DNA from: Propionicimonas sp.
Lineage (GTDB): Bacteria; Actinomycetota; Actinomycetes; Propionibacteriales; Propionibacteriaceae
Direction: 5' to 3'
NCBI RefSeq assembly: GCF_034927565.1
Contig: NZ_JAYFPT010000012.1
Span: 9,933 to 73,932, forward strand
Length of the DNA: 64,000 bases
The position numbers and the translations under genes are program-made. A model generated the notes under the pieces. It saw nothing but the letters and a program-made list of their open reading frames with translations. It did no database searches and was not told the origin of the DNA. Below, one piece after another: positions 40,135 to 49,919 of this stretch. Each line of letters begins with the position of its first letter. Positions within the stretch are counted from its first letter, which is position 1.

Positions 40135-41417
40135 AGGGCTCCCCACTTGCGTAGCGCGGGTGCCACGACCTCGGCACCGGTTCGGTAGACGCTGCGGGCC
40201 GTGCTGCGGACGGCGCGGCGCAGCAGGCGGACGGGCTCTCCTGGCTGGTCGGGGACGGGGTGGGCGGCGGTGCCGTCCGGAGCCAGGCCGTAGTCGGCCA
40301 GCAGCCAGGGCAGGTAGGCGGGGCTGCGGCGCAGGGTGTAGTAGGGCAGCAGCGGCGGCAGGTCATTGTCCAGCAGGTCGGCGACCCGGGCCCGGAAGGC
40401 CTCCGGTCCGGCACCACCGACGCCGTGCCGGCGCGCCCAGGCGGCGTCGGTGACAGGCGCCCTCCCGTCGTCGATCTCGTCGAAGGAGGCCAGGCAGCCC
40501 GAACCGACGAAGTGCGCGTTCCCGAGCGATTCCCGCACCCCGAAGTCGGTCAGCAGGACGGTGGGGACGCCGGCGTGCATCGCCTCCAGCGCGGCGGTGG
40601 AGGACACCGTGACCAGCAGGTCGGTGGTGACCAGCACCTCGTCCATCGCGCTGATGTCGAGGTGCAGGTTCGGCGGGAGGTCGCCGGCGACCCGGCGCAG
40701 CAGCGCGGGGTAGGGGTACGGCTCGGCGTGGGTGACGCGCTCCCCCGGCATGCTGCGCAGTTTCAGCAGCACCCGCCGCTCGGGGTGCAGCCGGGCGTGC
40801 CGGACCAGCCGGTCGACCAGGTAGGACCGGTCGGCCTGGCTGGCCGGGACGCTGGGCTGGGTGGCGAAGGTGAGGGTGAAGGGGCGCGAGGCGCGCCGCG
40901 CCGCCGGCTCAGGCAGGAAGGGCAGGCTGGTCTCGACCACCGGAGCCGGATCGATACCGAGGCCGGTGTAGACCGTCCGGAACCGCTCGACGTCGGCCGG
41001 GCTGTTGGCCAGCACCACGTCCGTTCCGGCACGGCCTGCCAGCCCCTCCACCAGCTTCTCGTACACCACCCCGAAGTAGCCGCTGACCAGAACCGGGCGC
41101 CGCAGGCCCGCGGGCCAGCCGGCAAGCAGCGCGTGCACGGTCGCGATCACCCCGCCGCCGCCCAGGGCGATCACCAGGACGTCAGGCGGGTGGGCGGCCA
41201 GCCGGTGCGGGAGTTCGGCCATCGACAGCGGCAGCACCGCGTCCGGGTCGACCCCGGCAGCGTGGAACTGCCGCGCGCTGGGCGGATCCGACCGCTGCAG
41301 CAGACAGGGAAGGACGGCCTCGGTCGGCTCCAACTGCCCGGCGGTGAGCATGCCCCACTTCCAGCGGCTGTCGGTGTCGGCCAGGACGGCGACCCGGCGG
41401 GGACGGGTGGGGCTCAT
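40131..41417 (-). CDS. DUF6716-like putative glycosyltransferase
   Basis: ADTDSRWKWG, VSGYFGVVYEK, LLKLRS, TVSSTAALEA, LTDFGV. Confidence 0.7.
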   Translation of the reverse strand: MSPTRPRRVAVLADTDSRWKWGMLTAGQLEPTEAVLPCLLQRSDPPSARQFHAAGVDPDAVLPLSMAELPHRLAAHPPDVLVIALGGGGVIATVHALLAGWPAGLRRPVLVSGYFGVVYEKLVEGLAGRAGTDVVLANSPADVERFRTVYTGLGIDPAPVVETSLPFLPEPAARRASRPFTLTFATQPSVPASQADRSYLVDRLVRHARLHPERRVLLKLRSMPGERVTHAEPYPYPALLRRVAGDLPPNLHLDISAMDEVLVTTDLLVTVSSTAALEAMHAGVPTVLLTDFGVRESLGNAHFVGSGCLASFDEIDDGRAPVTDAAWARRHGVGGAGPEAFRARVADLLDNDLPPLLPYYTLRRSPAYLPWLLADYGLAPDGTAAHPVPDQPGEPVRLLRRAVRSTARSVYRTGAEVVAPALRKWGAL

Positions 41418-41546
41418 GGCTCGACGCTAAGCAGCCCGCCTCACCGTTGGAGCAACTCCAGTGGACGGTTCGGTGAACAACGGCGGGCATCTCGGCGACC
41501 CGCTCCCCGGTTCGGCCAGGCAGTTCCGTTGAACCTCGCGGTAAGA

Positions 41547-41626
41547 GTGTCGCGATTCTGCAGGTCGATGCGCTCTGGGCCGCCAGGGTCACCACCTGCT
41601 GCGATCGACCTGCAGAATTGCGACAC
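41547..41626. repeat. 80-bp inverted doublet (23+34+23), copy 1
   Basis: gtgtcgcgattctgcaggtcgat ... atcgacctgcagaattgcgacac; arms pair at 22 of 23. Confidence 0.8.
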
Positions 41627-41701
41627 CTCACCATGGCAGCCGGCTACCACGAGCGAAGCGGCCACGCGCGCACGCGCCCCGCGTGATTTCGCCGTCCGAA
41701 G

Positions 41702-41716
41702 AATGGTCTGACCAAA
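41702..41716. promoter_or_regulatory. GntR/FadR-type operator upstream of pflB
   Basis: aaTGGTCtGACCAaa palindrome. Confidence 0.6.
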
Positions 41717-41851
41717 TCTGCTACATCAGGTAGTATTGCGAATGCGCTGGTCACACGGTCATTGCGCGATCCCCGGGACACCCCTCACTTCGGGCTCCAT
41801 CGACACCGTGTCAGCTGCGCGCCCCGATGTCGGCACGATCTCAGGAGTCTC

Positions 41852-44122
41852 ATGACGGCCCAGGCCACCACCCCCGCACCGCTGTACCGCGACGATCCGT
41901 GGGAGGGCTTCACACCTGGGCTGTGGCAGCAGCGAATTGACGTCCGCGACTTCATCCTGGCGAACTTCACGCCCTACACCGGCGACGCCGCCTTCCTGGC
42001 CGGACCGACCACGAAGACCCTGACCGTCTGGGAGACCCTGCAGCGCGACTATCTGTCGATCGAGCGCGCCAAGCGGGTCTACGACGTGGAGACCCACATC
42101 CCCGGCGACGTGGACGCGTTCCCGGCCGGTTACATCTGCGACGACGACACCGTGATCGTGGGCCTGCAGACCGACGTGCCCTTGAAGCGGCCGATGATGC
42201 CGGCCGGTGGCTGGCGGATGGTGGAGACCGCGATCCGGGAGGCCGGCCTGGAGCCCGACCCGCAGGTCAAAGAGATCTTCACCAAGCACCGCAAGACCCA
42301 CAATGAGGCGGTCTTCGACATCTACACCCCCAGGATCCGGGCGGCCCGCAGCGCACATCTGGTCACCGGCCTGCCGGACGCCTACGGTCGCGGCCGGATC
42401 ATCGGCGACTACCGCCGGGTGGCGCTGTACGGCGTGGACCGGCTGATCGAGGCCAAGCGCGCCGACCTGGATTCGGTGGTCGATCAGCCGTTCAGCGAGA
42501 ACTGGGCGCGCTACCGCGAGGAGCACGCCGAGCAGATCAAGGCGCTGGGCAAGCTGAAGAATCTGGGTGCGAGCTACGGCTTCGACCTCGGACGCCCGGC
42601 GGCGACCTTCGTCGAGGCCGTGCAGTGGACCTACTTCGCCTACCTGGGCTCGGTGAAGAGCCAGGACGGCGCGGCGATGAGCATCGGACGGCTGTCGGGC
42701 TTCTTCGACATCTACGCCGAGCGCGACCTCGCCGCCGGGTCGCTGACCGAGGAAGCAGCCCAGGAGGTGATCGACGCGCTGGTCACCAAGCTGCGGATCG
42801 TCCGCTTCCTGCGCACCATCGACTACGACCAGATCTTCTCCGGCGACCCCTACTGGGCCACCTGGTCCGACGGCGGCTTTGCCGACGACGGACGCACCCT
42901 GGTCACCAAGACCTCCTTCCGGCTGCTGCAGACGCTGCGCAACCTCGGCCCGGCCCCGGAGCCGAACATCACGATCTACTGGGATCCGGCGCTGCCGGCC
43001 GGTTACAAGGAGTTCTGCGCCGAGATCTCGATCGAGACCTCCGCCCTGCAGTACGAGTCGGACGCCGACATCCGCAGCCACTGGGGCGACGACACCGCGA
43101 TCGCCTGCTGCGTCTCGCCGATGGCGATCGGCAAGCAGATGCAGTTCTTCGGTGCGCGGCTGAACGCCGCCAAGACCCTGCTGTACGCGATCAACGGCGG
43201 CCGGGACGAGATGACCGGCAAGCTGATCGTGCCTGACCACGCTCCGATCACCGGTGACGAGCCGCTGGACTTCGACACCGTGTGGGCGAAGTACGACCGG
43301 ATGCTGACCTGGGCGGTAGAGACCTACGTCGAGGCGCTGAACATCATCCACTACAGCCACGACCGGTACGCCTACGAGGCGATCGAGATGGCCCTGCACG
43401 ACGACCAGATCGTCCGGACGATGGGCTGCGGCATCGCCGGGCTGTCGATCGTGGCCGACTCCCTGGCGGCGATCAGGTACGCCACCGTCACGCCCGTCCG
43501 CGACGACTCGGGCCTGGTGGTCGACTACCTCACCGAGGGCGACTTCCCCAAGTACGGCAACGACGACGACCGGGCCGACGAGCTGGCCCAGTTGGTGGTC
43601 TCGACCGTGATGGACAAGATCCGCTCGCTGAAGCTGTACCGCGACGCCGTCCCCACCCAGTCGGTGCTGACCATCACCTCGAACGTGGTCTACGGCAAGG
43701 CCACCGGCTCGTTCCCCTGCGGGCATGCCGCCGGCACTCCGTTCGCACCGGGCGCCAACCCGGAGAACGGCGCCGACACCCACGGCATGGTGGCGTCGAT
43801 GATGAGCGTCGGGAAGCTCTCCTACGACGATGCGCTGGACGGCATCTCGCTGACCAACACCATCACGCCCCCGGCACTGGGCCGCACCGCCGGCGAGCGG
43901 GTCTCGAACCTGGTCGGGATTCTGGACGCCGGCTTCGGCGAAGGCCTCTACCACGCCAACATCAACGTGCTGAACCGGGAGACCCTCCTCGACGCGATGG
44001 AGCACCCGGAGAACTACCCGCAGCTGACCATCCGGGTCTCCGGCTACGCGGTGAACTTCGTGAAGCTGACCCGCGAGCAGCAGCTGGACGTGCTGTCGCG
44101 GACCTTCCACGAGTCGCTGTGA
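41852..44122 (+). CDS. pflB: Formate C-acetyltransferase (pyruvate formate-lyase)
   Basis: [23 protein letters not shown] active-site cysteines, IRVSGYAV glycyl-radical motif; AGGAG upstream. Confidence 0.96.
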   Translation: MTAQATTPAPLYRDDPWEGFTPGLWQQRIDVRDFILANFTPYTGDAAFLAGPTTKTLTVWETLQRDYLSIERAKRVYDVETHIPGDVDAFPAGYICDDDTVIVGLQTDVPLKRPMMPAGGWRMVETAIREAGLEPDPQVKEIFTKHRKTHNEAVFDIYTPRIRAARSAHLVTGLPDAYGRGRIIGDYRRVALYGVDRLIEAKRADLDSVVDQPFSENWARYREEHAEQIKALGKLKNLGASYGFDLGRPAATFVEAVQWTYFAYLGSVKSQDGAAMSIGRLSGFFDIYAERDLAAGSLTEEAAQEVIDALVTKLRIVRFLRTIDYDQIFSGDPYWATWSDGGFADDGRTLVTKTSFRLLQTLRNLGPAPEPNITIYWDPALPAGYKEFCAEISIETSALQYESDADIRSHWGDDTAIACCVSPMAIGKQMQFFGARLNAAKTLLYAINGGRDEMTGKLIVPDHAPITGDEPLDFDTVWAKYDRMLTWAVETYVEALNIIHYSHDRYAYEAIEMALHDDQIVRTMGCGIAGLSIVADSLAAIRYATVTPVRDDSGLVVDYLTEGDFPKYGNDDDRADELAQLVVSTVMDKIRSLKLYRDAVPTQSVLTITSNVVYGKATGSFPCGHAAGTPFAPGANPENGADTHGMVASMMSVGKLSYDDALDGISLTNTITPPALGRTAGERVSNLVGILDAGFGEGLYHANINVLNRETLLDAMEHPENYPQLTIRVSGYAVNFVKLTREQQLDVLSRTFHESL

Positions 44123-45015
44123 CCACAACGCTGGCCGCCACTGCCCCCGGAGCTGGCCTGGGCCAGGGGACGGTTCCCCGGCCCAGGCCAGCCGCGCGGC
44201 CGGGGCAGGGCTCGGCAGTCTCGCTGAGCGGCATCCCGGTGGCCAGCCACCTCAGCCGTTCCGAGCTGCTGCTCGGCCAGCGCACCGGCGAAGTCGGCTC
44301 GGTGCACTCCTGGGAACTGGTGACCGCTGTGGACGGCCCGGGTACCCGGATGACCACCTTCCTGGCGGGCTGTCCGCTGCGCTGCCTGTACTGCCACAAC
44401 CCCGACACCATGACCGCCAACCGCGGGCTGCCGGTGCTGGCCGACGACCTGCTCGCCCGGATCAGCCGCTACCGCGGCGTGTTCGCCGCCACCGGCGGCG
44501 GCATCACCCTGTCCGGCGGCGAGGTGCTGCAGCAGCCGGCCTTCGCCCGGCGGGTGTTGCGCGGCGCGAAGAACCTCGGCGTCCACACCGTGCTCGACAC
44601 GTCAGGCTTCCTCGGCCGCAATGCCGACGACGCCCTGCTGGCCGACGTCGACCTCGTCCTGCTCGACGTCAAAGCCGGTGACGAGACCACCTACCGCCGG
44701 GTGACCGGCCGCAGCCTGGCACCCACCCTGGAGTTCGGACGCCGGCTGGACGCCCTGGGCATCCAGACCTGGATCAGGTTCGTGCTCGTCCCGGGTCTCA
44801 CCGACGACCCCGCCACCATCGAGCCGATCGCCGACTACGCTGCCTCGCTGGCCTGCGTCTCCCGGGTGGAGGTGCTCCCGTTTCACCAGCTGGGCCGGGA
44901 CAAGTGGGCCGAACTGGGTCTGGACTACCAACTGGCCGATACCGAGCCTCCGTCCGCCGCCCTGGTGGCCGCCGTCAAGGAAATCTTCGGCTCCCGAGGG
45001 CTCACCACCTACTGA
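44119..45015 (+). CDS. pflA: PFL-activating radical SAM enzyme
   Basis: [36 protein letters not shown]; GTGA overlap. Confidence 0.94.
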   Translation: MTTTLAATAPGAGLGQGTVPRPRPAARPGQGSAVSLSGIPVASHLSRSELLLGQRTGEVGSVHSWELVTAVDGPGTRMTTFLAGCPLRCLYCHNPDTMTANRGLPVLADDLLARISRYRGVFAATGGGITLSGGEVLQQPAFARRVLRGAKNLGVHTVLDTSGFLGRNADDALLADVDLVLLDVKAGDETTYRRVTGRSLAPTLEFGRRLDALGIQTWIRFVLVPGLTDDPATIEPIADYAASLACVSRVEVLPFHQLGRDKWAELGLDYQLADTEPPSAALVAAVKEIFGSRGLTTY

Positions 45016-45032
45016 GCGCCCCGGGTTCTCCC

Positions 45033-45103
45033 GCAGAAACCGGGTGATTCCGGCGACTCGCGTGGATAATCCCGGCGAGTTGTCAAAACCACCCGGTTTC
45101 TGC
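45033..45103. repeat. 71-bp long hairpin downstream of pflA
   Basis: Perfect gcagaaaccgggtg/cacccggtttctgc arms, extended inward by G-U-compatible pairs. Confidence 0.65.
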
Positions 45104-45115
45104 CGTTGATTACCA

Positions 45116-45243
45116 GAGGTCCCGGCGCAGGCCGGGATAGCGGTCCCCACCCAGTCGTCCCGGCGCAGGCCAGGATCGGCCCGCATCACCTTCTGGGAAG
45201 TCCTCCGGGCTGCAGTCATCCCGGCGCAGGCCGGGATCGATCC
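45116..45243 (+). CRISPR. Type I-E-like mini array (3 repeats, one canonical 32-nt spacer), or a REP cluster
   Basis: 29-nt units at 45154-45182 and 45215-45243 with a 32-nt spacer; degenerate copy at 45116-45144; no cas genes in the window. Confidence 0.4.
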
Positions 45244-45279
45244 TTGCGTGGTGCCCTCCCGGCTGGCAGGGTCGGGCGG

Positions 45280-46350
45280 GTGGAACTCGACCAGGTGCTG
45301 GCGCGGCGGCTGGCCACCCAACGGCTGACCGGGCCACCGGCCGACTCCCCCACCCAGGTGGTCCGGGAGTTGCTGTGCGTGCAGGCCCAGGACGCTCCGC
45401 TGGCGAAGGCGATGCTCGCCTACCGCAGCACCGGCGGCGTCGCCGGGGTCGATGCGGCCCTGGCTGCCGGGCAACTCGTCCGCACCCATGTGCTGCGGCC
45501 GACCTGGCACTACGTCGCTGCGGAGGACCTGCGCTGGCTGCTGGAGCTCACCTCGGCCAGGGTGGAATCCGGCATGGCGGCACGGCACCGGCAGCTCGGG
45601 GTGGACGAGCCGACGATCGCCCGGGCACTCGAGGTGATCACTCGGCGACTGGCCGGCCGCCATTTCACCACCCGCACCGGCCTCGGCGAGGCCCTGGCGG
45701 ACGCCGGCCTGCTGAAAACCGGCGACCCGCTGTTCGGGCAGCGACTCGCCCACCTGTTGCTGGTGGCCGAGTTGCGGGCGGTGACCTGCTCGGCCCCGGC
45801 GGATGCCGTCGAGCACCACTACGCGCTGATCGACGAGGTGCTGCCGGTCACGCCGCCGCGCAGCCGTCAGCACGGTTTGGCCGAACTGGTGGGACGATTC
45901 GTCGCCAGCCACGGCCCGGTCGCGCTGAGCGACCTACAACGCTGGACGCCACTGCCCCTGAAAGAACTCCGCACCACGTTGGCCGGCCTCGCCGACCGGC
46001 TGACCTCGCTCGATGTGGACGGCGCCGAACTCTGGTACTGCCCCGATGAGCCCCAGCGCTCCCGTCCGCGCCGCGCCTGGCTGCTCTCGACTTTCGACGA
46101 GGCCTATCTCAGCTACCGCACAACGGGCTATCCGCGCTCACCCGGGCACCCGGACGGCGACTCGTTCGCGGCCTTCGTCACCGCCGGCGGACCGGTGCTC
46201 TGCGACCTGCGGGACGTCGGCAGATTCACCCGCCGGATGGTGCGGGGACGGCCCGAGGTGACGCTCGTCCTCGACCCCGGTCTCAGTCTCGCCCAGCGTT
46301 CCGCGATCGATGAGGCGGTCGACCTGTTGAAGGCGACCATCAGCGGCTGA
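45280..46350 (+). CDS. AlkZ-like (HTH_42) DNA glycosylase
   Basis: R.L..QRL, LCVQAQD (Q-x-Q motif), RTH.LRPTWHYV, HGP...D...W, LL..FDEAY.SY; GTG start inferred. Confidence 0.82.
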   Translation: MELDQVLARRLATQRLTGPPADSPTQVVRELLCVQAQDAPLAKAMLAYRSTGGVAGVDAALAAGQLVRTHVLRPTWHYVAAEDLRWLLELTSARVESGMAARHRQLGVDEPTIARALEVITRRLAGRHFTTRTGLGEALADAGLLKTGDPLFGQRLAHLLLVAELRAVTCSAPADAVEHHYALIDEVLPVTPPRSRQHGLAELVGRFVASHGPVALSDLQRWTPLPLKELRTTLAGLADRLTSLDVDGAELWYCPDEPQRSRPRRAWLLSTFDEAYLSYRTTGYPRSPGHPDGDSFAAFVTAGGPVLCDLRDVGRFTRRMVRGRPEVTLVLDPGLSLAQRSAIDEAVDLLKATISG

Positions 46351-46352
46351 GT

Positions 46353-46916
46353 TCACGCTGCGCCGAAGTCGAGCTTCCCGGACTCGACCACTGCCGCCGT
46401 TCGCCCCGGCGCGGTCTGGAAGCTCCAGTACAGGTTGGTGTGGGCGACCACCAGATCGGGGCTCGGGGCGCCCCAGGCGGAGAGATCCTCGGTGGTGTGG
46501 GCATCGGCGACCAGCGTGGTGTCATAGCCGCGGACGAAGGCGCCGTGCAGAGTGGACCGGATGCAGGCGTCGGTCTGCGCTCCGGCGACTAGCAGGTGCC
46601 CGACGCCGAGCCGTTCGAGTACCTCGCCCAGGTCGGTCTGCTCGAAGGAGTCGCCGTAGGTCTTGGCGATCCTGGGTTCGACATCCCGCGGGTCGAGTTC
46701 TGGGACGATCTGCCAGGCGTCGCTGCCGATCGGCCGTTCATCGCCCTCGGTGTGGTCCTGCACCCACACGACCGGGACATCGGCCTCCCGGGCGCGCCGC
46801 ACCACGTCCGCGATGCGTGCCACCACCTGGTCGCGCTGCCAGGCCTCGCTGACAACGCCGTTCTGGACATCGATCACCAGCAACGCAGTATTCGGACGGT
46901 TCTGGATCGTGGTCAC
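46353..46916 (-). CDS. Isochorismatase/cysteine hydrolase family protein
   Basis: ALLVIDVQNG, K..GDSF..T.L, GAQTDACI.ST, DAHTT. Confidence 0.88.
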   Translation of the reverse strand: MTTIQNRPNTALLVIDVQNGVVSEAWQRDQVVARIADVVRRAREADVPVVWVQDHTEGDERPIGSDAWQIVPELDPRDVEPRIAKTYGDSFEQTDLGEVLERLGVGHLLVAGAQTDACIRSTLHGAFVRGYDTTLVADAHTTEDLSAWGAPSPDLVVAHTNLYWSFQTAPGRTAAVVESGKLDFGAA

Positions 46917-47159
46917 GAGACAGCCTCTCACTCGACTGCCGGCCATCCTAGGCAGCTCCACCGACAGGACGGTCCACCGGGTGGTCGACGGCCACCAGCC
47001 CTGTCCCGCCATCGGGCGCGAGGCCTGCTACCAACAACTGCCACCCTGTCCGCGAACGATCCCCGGCTGAGGTGCCGCCCCAGCTCTTGCGCCGGAACCA
47101 CTCCCGGGCCGATCGTCGTAGCTGAGCAACGAGGCTCACTTCAGCGAAAGGGGAGTTCG

Positions 47160-48950
47160 ATGGCGCTCGAACTTGCCACCCTCAGGAACGCGGCGCTGGT
47201 CTCCGAGATTGCGTGGCGTCCGGGACAGACCACCAATACGGGGCTGTCACCGCTGCACGCCCGGGCCCGGCTCGGTGCCGTCCCACCCGGCGGCCTGGCC
47301 GGCCTGCAGGCTCGCGAACAGGCGGCGACCGCCCGGCTGGCAGCGGCGCCCTCCCTCGCTGCCGCGACCGCCGCGCCACCCGTGTACGACTGGCGCAATG
47401 TCGCCGGCGGCAACTACGTGACCGCCGTCAAGGACCAGGCCGGGTGCGGCTCCTGCGTGGCCTTCGGTGCTGTCGCCGTGCTGGAGACGATGGTGCGGAT
47501 CGCGGCCAGGCAACCCGGCCTCGGGGTCAACCTCTCCGAGTCCTATGTCTTCAACTGCCTGGGTCCCGGGAACGGCGCCAGCCCCTGTCCGGAGGGTGGT
47601 TGGTGGCCGCTGTGGGCGTTGCCCGCGATGAAGTCCGGGGTGGCGGACGAGGCCACGTTCCCCTACACCGACGGCCCGGGCTGCCATCGCGGTTCGGACT
47701 GGAAGTCGCGGCTGACGACATTCGACGGTTTCACCCGCAAGACCTCGGTGAATGCCATGAAGACCTACCTCTCGACGGTGGGGCCGATGATCGCCTGCTT
47801 CACGATCTACGAGGACTTCTTCTCCTACTACACCGGAGGGGTCTACACGTACCGCGCGAGCACCGCCGGCGACGTGATCGGCGGGCACTGCGTCGCGATC
47901 ATCGGCTACGACGACGCCAAGAAATGCTGGATCGCCAAGAACAGTTGGGGCACCGGCTGGGGTGAGGACGGCTACTTCCGGATCTCCTACGGCAGCGCCG
48001 GGATCGACGCCGAGATGTGGGGGATCAACGGCCAGGTCAGGTCTCCGCTGATTCGCACCACCCTGCGGGCGGTGATGACCGGCTCCGGGAACGTCTACCT
48101 CACCGAACGCAACAAGGCGGGCGGCTGGCAGTCGCCGGTGAAGCGACTCGATACCGGCGCTCCGGGCGACCCCGGCACAGTCACCGCGGTGACGGCAGCC
48201 AGCACGATCAACCGGCTGCACGTCCTCGGGCTGGTCGGCGGCAGGCTGTGGTACACCCGCAAGCGGACCGACGCGGGCTGGGCGGCGTGGGCGCGGCCGA
48301 CCAGCACCCAGCCGTCCGGGGTGGCGAGGTGGGACGCGGTCAGCTGCGCGGCCGCGGGCGACGTGGTGCACGTCACGGGGCTGTCAGGCGGCGCGATCTG
48401 GCACACCCGGCGGACCGCGAAGGGCAACTGGCAGCAGGCCTGGGTGAAGGTGGCCGCCGCCACCACCGCGGCGGGCAGGTTCACCGCCCTGAGTTGCCTC
48501 ACCCGCGGCAGCGAGGCGAACGTGGTGGCGGTGGCCGGCGGCAAACTGTGGCTCATCACCCGCAAGAAGGACGGCAGCTGGAAGGCCCCCGCAGCGATCA
48601 AGCCCGCGGACGGGGTCGTGCCCGGCAGCTTCACCGCGGTCGGCGCCGCAGCCGTGGACGGCCGGCTGAACCTGGTCGCGTTGAGCGGCCGCAAGCCATG
48701 GCTGCTGGCACGCTCTGCGAGCGGCGCCTGGGGCAACTTCCACCAACTCCCGCCGGCTGCTCCGGGGACCAGCTTCACCGCGGTCGCCTGCGCCGACGTG
48801 GGCGCTACCCTACACGTGCTCGCGATCGCAGCCGGCAAGCCGTGGCACACCCGGCGGAGCCCGGACGGGACCTGGCAGGCCAGCTTCGCCAACGCGGGCG
48901 GCCAGTTCACCGGGGAACCGGCCACGATCACCTCGCTGGACGGCGCCTGA
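47160..48950 (+). CDS. Papain-like C1A cysteine protease fused to a six-repeat beta-propeller-like domain
   Basis: YDWRN, VKDQAGCGSCVAF (Cys), GGHCVAIIGY (His), WIAKNSWG (Asn); six ~50-aa W-containing repeats; GGGGAG upstream. Confidence 0.88.
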   Translation: MALELATLRNAALVSEIAWRPGQTTNTGLSPLHARARLGAVPPGGLAGLQAREQAATARLAAAPSLAAATAAPPVYDWRNVAGGNYVTAVKDQAGCGSCVAFGAVAVLETMVRIAARQPGLGVNLSESYVFNCLGPGNGASPCPEGGWWPLWALPAMKSGVADEATFPYTDGPGCHRGSDWKSRLTTFDGFTRKTSVNAMKTYLSTVGPMIACFTIYEDFFSYYTGGVYTYRASTAGDVIGGHCVAIIGYDDAKKCWIAKNSWGTGWGEDGYFRISYGSAGIDAEMWGINGQVRSPLIRTTLRAVMTGSGNVYLTERNKAGGWQSPVKRLDTGAPGDPGTVTAVTAASTINRLHVLGLVGGRLWYTRKRTDAGWAAWARPTSTQPSGVARWDAVSCAAAGDVVHVTGLSGGAIWHTRRTAKGNWQQAWVKVAAATTAAGRFTALSCLTRGSEANVVAVAGGKLWLITRKKDGSWKAPAAIKPADGVVPGSFTAVGAAAVDGRLNLVALSGRKPWLLARSASGAWGNFHQLPPAAPGTSFTAVACADVGATLHVLAIAAGKPWHTRRSPDGTWQASFANAGGQFTGEPATITSLDGA

Positions 48951-49330
48951 TGCCTGCGGCAGACAGCGGCCAGGAGTTCTGGGCGTCCTTCACCCTGCGA
49001 GTCGGTGAGAAGCGCGAGCTGGCCCTCCCCGGCCTAGGAACGGCCGGCTTCCTCTGGTCGGCCAGCCTGGACGGCGATGCCGCTGCCGTCGAACTGGCCT
49101 GGGAACGCGGATTCGGGACGGACGACAGCCCCCGTCCGGTCGGCGCCAGCGCACCAGAACGGTTGCGTATCACCGCAGCCGCCCCCGGTCGTGCGAGGAT
49201 CCATCTCGCCCAGCAGCGTCCCTGGGAGCAGGGACGTCCCCTGGCCGCGCACACCGTGGACGTCGAGGTCCTCCCGCCTCAGATGCCCGCGGAGCCAGCC
49301 TCGCAGCCACACGATCGCGGACCTCGCTAG
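48950..49330 (+). CDS. Chagasin-like (I42) cysteine protease inhibitor
   Basis: Loop motifs GTAGFLW, PVGAS, QRPWE; TGATG overlap with the protease; hidden at the end of a 437-aa track ORF. Confidence 0.8.
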   Translation: MPAADSGQEFWASFTLRVGEKRELALPGLGTAGFLWSASLDGDAAAVELAWERGFGTDDSPRPVGASAPERLRITAAAPGRARIHLAQQRPWEQGRPLAAHTVDVEVLPPQMPAEPASQPHDRGPR

Positions 49331-49339
49331 GCTACCCGG

Positions 49340-49867
49340 GTGGCCTCTGTCCTGATCCGTCCCCCGGTGCCCGATGACGCCGCAGAGTGGTTCGATTTCG
49401 TCGTCGAGCAGCAGGCACGGACCTACCAGGGGATCGTCCGGCCCGACTTCGCCCAGGCTCAGTGCGCCTTCCGCGACAGTTGGGTTCCCGGGCTGGCGCA
49501 GGACTTCGCCGACCCCGGCACCGCGCGACGGCTGATCGCCCGGCAGGAAGGCCAGGTGGTCGGCGTGGCCTCGATCGTGGACGCACCCGACGACTGGGAG
49601 GTCGGGGCGGGCCTGGTCCCCGCACCTGCCTCGCACTGTCTGGACCGGCTGTACCTCCACCCTGACTTCCAGGGACAGGGCCTTGGCTCGACACTGCTGG
49701 CGAACATCGACGACGGCCACGACCTCTACCTGTGGCTGATCGACGGCAACGCCCCGGCCCAGGGGTTCTACCGCCGTCGCGGCTTCGTCGACGAGCCGGA
49801 GCACTTCCCCACCAGCGAGTCCTGGGGCGAGGTGCCCATGCACCGGATGGTCCGCCGGGCAGCCTGA
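49340..49867 (+). CDS. GNAT acetyltransferase
   Basis: LDRLYLHPDFQGQGLGSTLL, N..AQGFY.R.GF. Confidence 0.88.
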   Translation: MASVLIRPPVPDDAAEWFDFVVEQQARTYQGIVRPDFAQAQCAFRDSWVPGLAQDFADPGTARRLIARQEGQVVGVASIVDAPDDWEVGAGLVPAPASHCLDRLYLHPDFQGQGLGSTLLANIDDGHDLYLWLIDGNAPAQGFYRRRGFVDEPEHFPTSESWGEVPMHRMVRRAA

Positions 49868-49919
49868 GGCGACAACGAGCAGCGGCCCGCCGAGGCCTTC
49901 GGCACCGGCGGTGGCATTC

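Noticed and set aside
41759-44128. 789-aa minus-strand ORF
   Set aside because: Antisense shadow of pflB, typical of high-GC codon bias; no motifs.
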